64,000 nt of DNA, from NCBI GenBank assembly GCA_036653035.1, contig JAVVUU010000001.1, positions 3,524 to 67,523 on the forward strand. Reading direction: 5' to 3'. Both the position numbers and the translations under genes were made by a program. The DNA comes from Oscillospiraceae bacterium (lineage in GTDB: Bacteria > Bacillota > Clostridia > Oscillospirales > Oscillospiraceae). The notes beneath the pieces are model-generated. The model made no database searches. It saw nothing but the letters and a program-made list of their open reading frames with translations, and was not told where the DNA came from. Of the stretch, positions 63,398-64,000 are shown one piece after another (the stretch's first letter is position 1; each line of letters starts with the position of its first letter).

Positions 63398-64000
63398 AAG
63401 TTTCGGCGTATTGCAGCATATTGCGGCACAGGAACAAAACGAGCAGTGCTACGGGTATGTTGCATAGGGTCATGGCAAGGAACGCCGTTACGGAATAATT
63501 TATAAGCACAGCACCGGAGAGGTTGAGGACAAGGGCAAGGGCAACCCCGGGAGCCGCAAGTAAAATTCCGGCAAAGCAATAGATTAAAATGCCCAGCGTT
63601 TTTGAAAGCGAGCCGCCCCAAATTCGCTCAACCAGAACATTTGAAGCAACAAACAGCGCGGCAAAGCTGACCCCGCCCAAAATTGCGCACACACACTCAA
63701 CAGCACTCGCACCTACAATAATTGCACATGGTACAAAGGCAACCGCGCTCTGCACAAATGCCGAGGGGAGCGTTTCCATCAGAGAAAACATCATCTTTTT
63801 CAACGGCGGTTCGGGTATTAGATAAATGTATGGCTTTAAAAGCTCGCGGTTAAAGCGGCCGTTTGTAGTTGAAAATATTTCCAAATAGGCATAGAACGCA
63901 AATACTCCGATTAGGCCGGCTTTTTTTGCGAACAGCGAAAAAACAATTGTCATCACAGCAAAGCTGAGTGAAATTCCACTGATGAAAAAGCGGCCGGAGC
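63396..64000 (-). CDS. polytopic membrane protein (putative ABC-exporter-type permease), 5' end beyond window
   Basis: The frame stays open to nt 64000 upstream of the tracked GTG at 63956. The sequence is highly hydrophobic (LIYCFAGILLAAPGVALALVLNL). Family assignment is weak. Confidence 0.5.
   Translation of the reverse strand, partial: SGRFFISGISLSFAVMTIVFSLFAKKAGLIGVFAFYAYLEIFSTTNGRFNRELLKPYIYLIPEPPLKKMMFSLMETLPSAFVQSAVAFVPCAIIVGASAVECVCAILGGVSFAALFVASNVLVERIWGGSLSKTLGILIYCFAGILLAAPGVALALVLNLSGAVLINYSVTAFLAMTLCNIPVALLVLFLCRNMLQYAET

Noticed and set aside
1-64000. Searched by eye for CRISPR arrays, tRNA/rRNA genes, IS or transposase genes, integrases, phage modules and known defence genes (RM, Abi, TA, RT-based)
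   Set aside because: I found no direct-repeat/spacer arrays, no tRNA-like T-arm sequences, and no ORF with transposase, integrase, reverse-transcriptase or nuclease-NTPase defence signatures. Every long ORF is accounted for by metabolic, transport, signalling or envelope functions.

Overview
This is a chromosomal, mostly housekeeping segment of a Firmicutes/Clostridia-type genome. Supporting signs are GGAGG ribosome-binding sites, many overlapping stop/start junctions, an SLH-domain wall protein and a sigma-K-like promoter. I call about 53 CDS, plus predicted promoters, intrinsic terminators and one leader RNA. I found no rRNA, tRNA, CRISPR array, IS/transposase, prophage or recognisable defence genes. 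Gene content in order: pcrA (5' truncated by the window edge) and an EamA transporter. Then three large c-di-GMP turnover genes interleaved with a stand-alone oppA. Then a LysA-like decarboxylase, a tandem-OB SSB-like gene and oppBCDF. Then a complete nine-gene pyrimidine operon, pyrC-carA-carB-pyrK-pyrD-pyrF-pyrE-pyrB-pyrI. Then an intracellular GH13 enzyme, deoC and infC-rpmI-rplT with an attenuator-like leader. Then an orphan class-I fumarase beta-like gene coupled to a DUF1461/Lit-like membrane protein, followed by three membrane or secreted proteins of unknown function. Then feoA-feoB and a Cys-rich feo partner, a heterodimeric ABC exporter, and a ZnuABC-like metal importer. Then a DEDDh exonuclease, uppP, ftsK, mrnC and rqcH. 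Then an SLH/cadherin-like wall protein, a 20-cysteine protein, DUF4364-asnA, an SDR, ackA, tmcAL, an orphan LivJ-type binding protein and a truncated membrane protein. I do not see a clear-cut new multi-gene system. The strongest sequence-supported oddity is that carA has lost all three residues of its glutaminase catalytic triad, inside an otherwise intact pyr operon. Secondary leads: the c-di-GMP gene set that splits the opp locus, including a diguanylate cyclase with a 4-Cys PAS-like C-terminus; a 20-Cys protein behind a sigma-K-type promoter; a coding-like spacer between ftsK and mrnC; and an orphan hairpin plus an operator-like perfect palindrome in the asnA-SDR gap.
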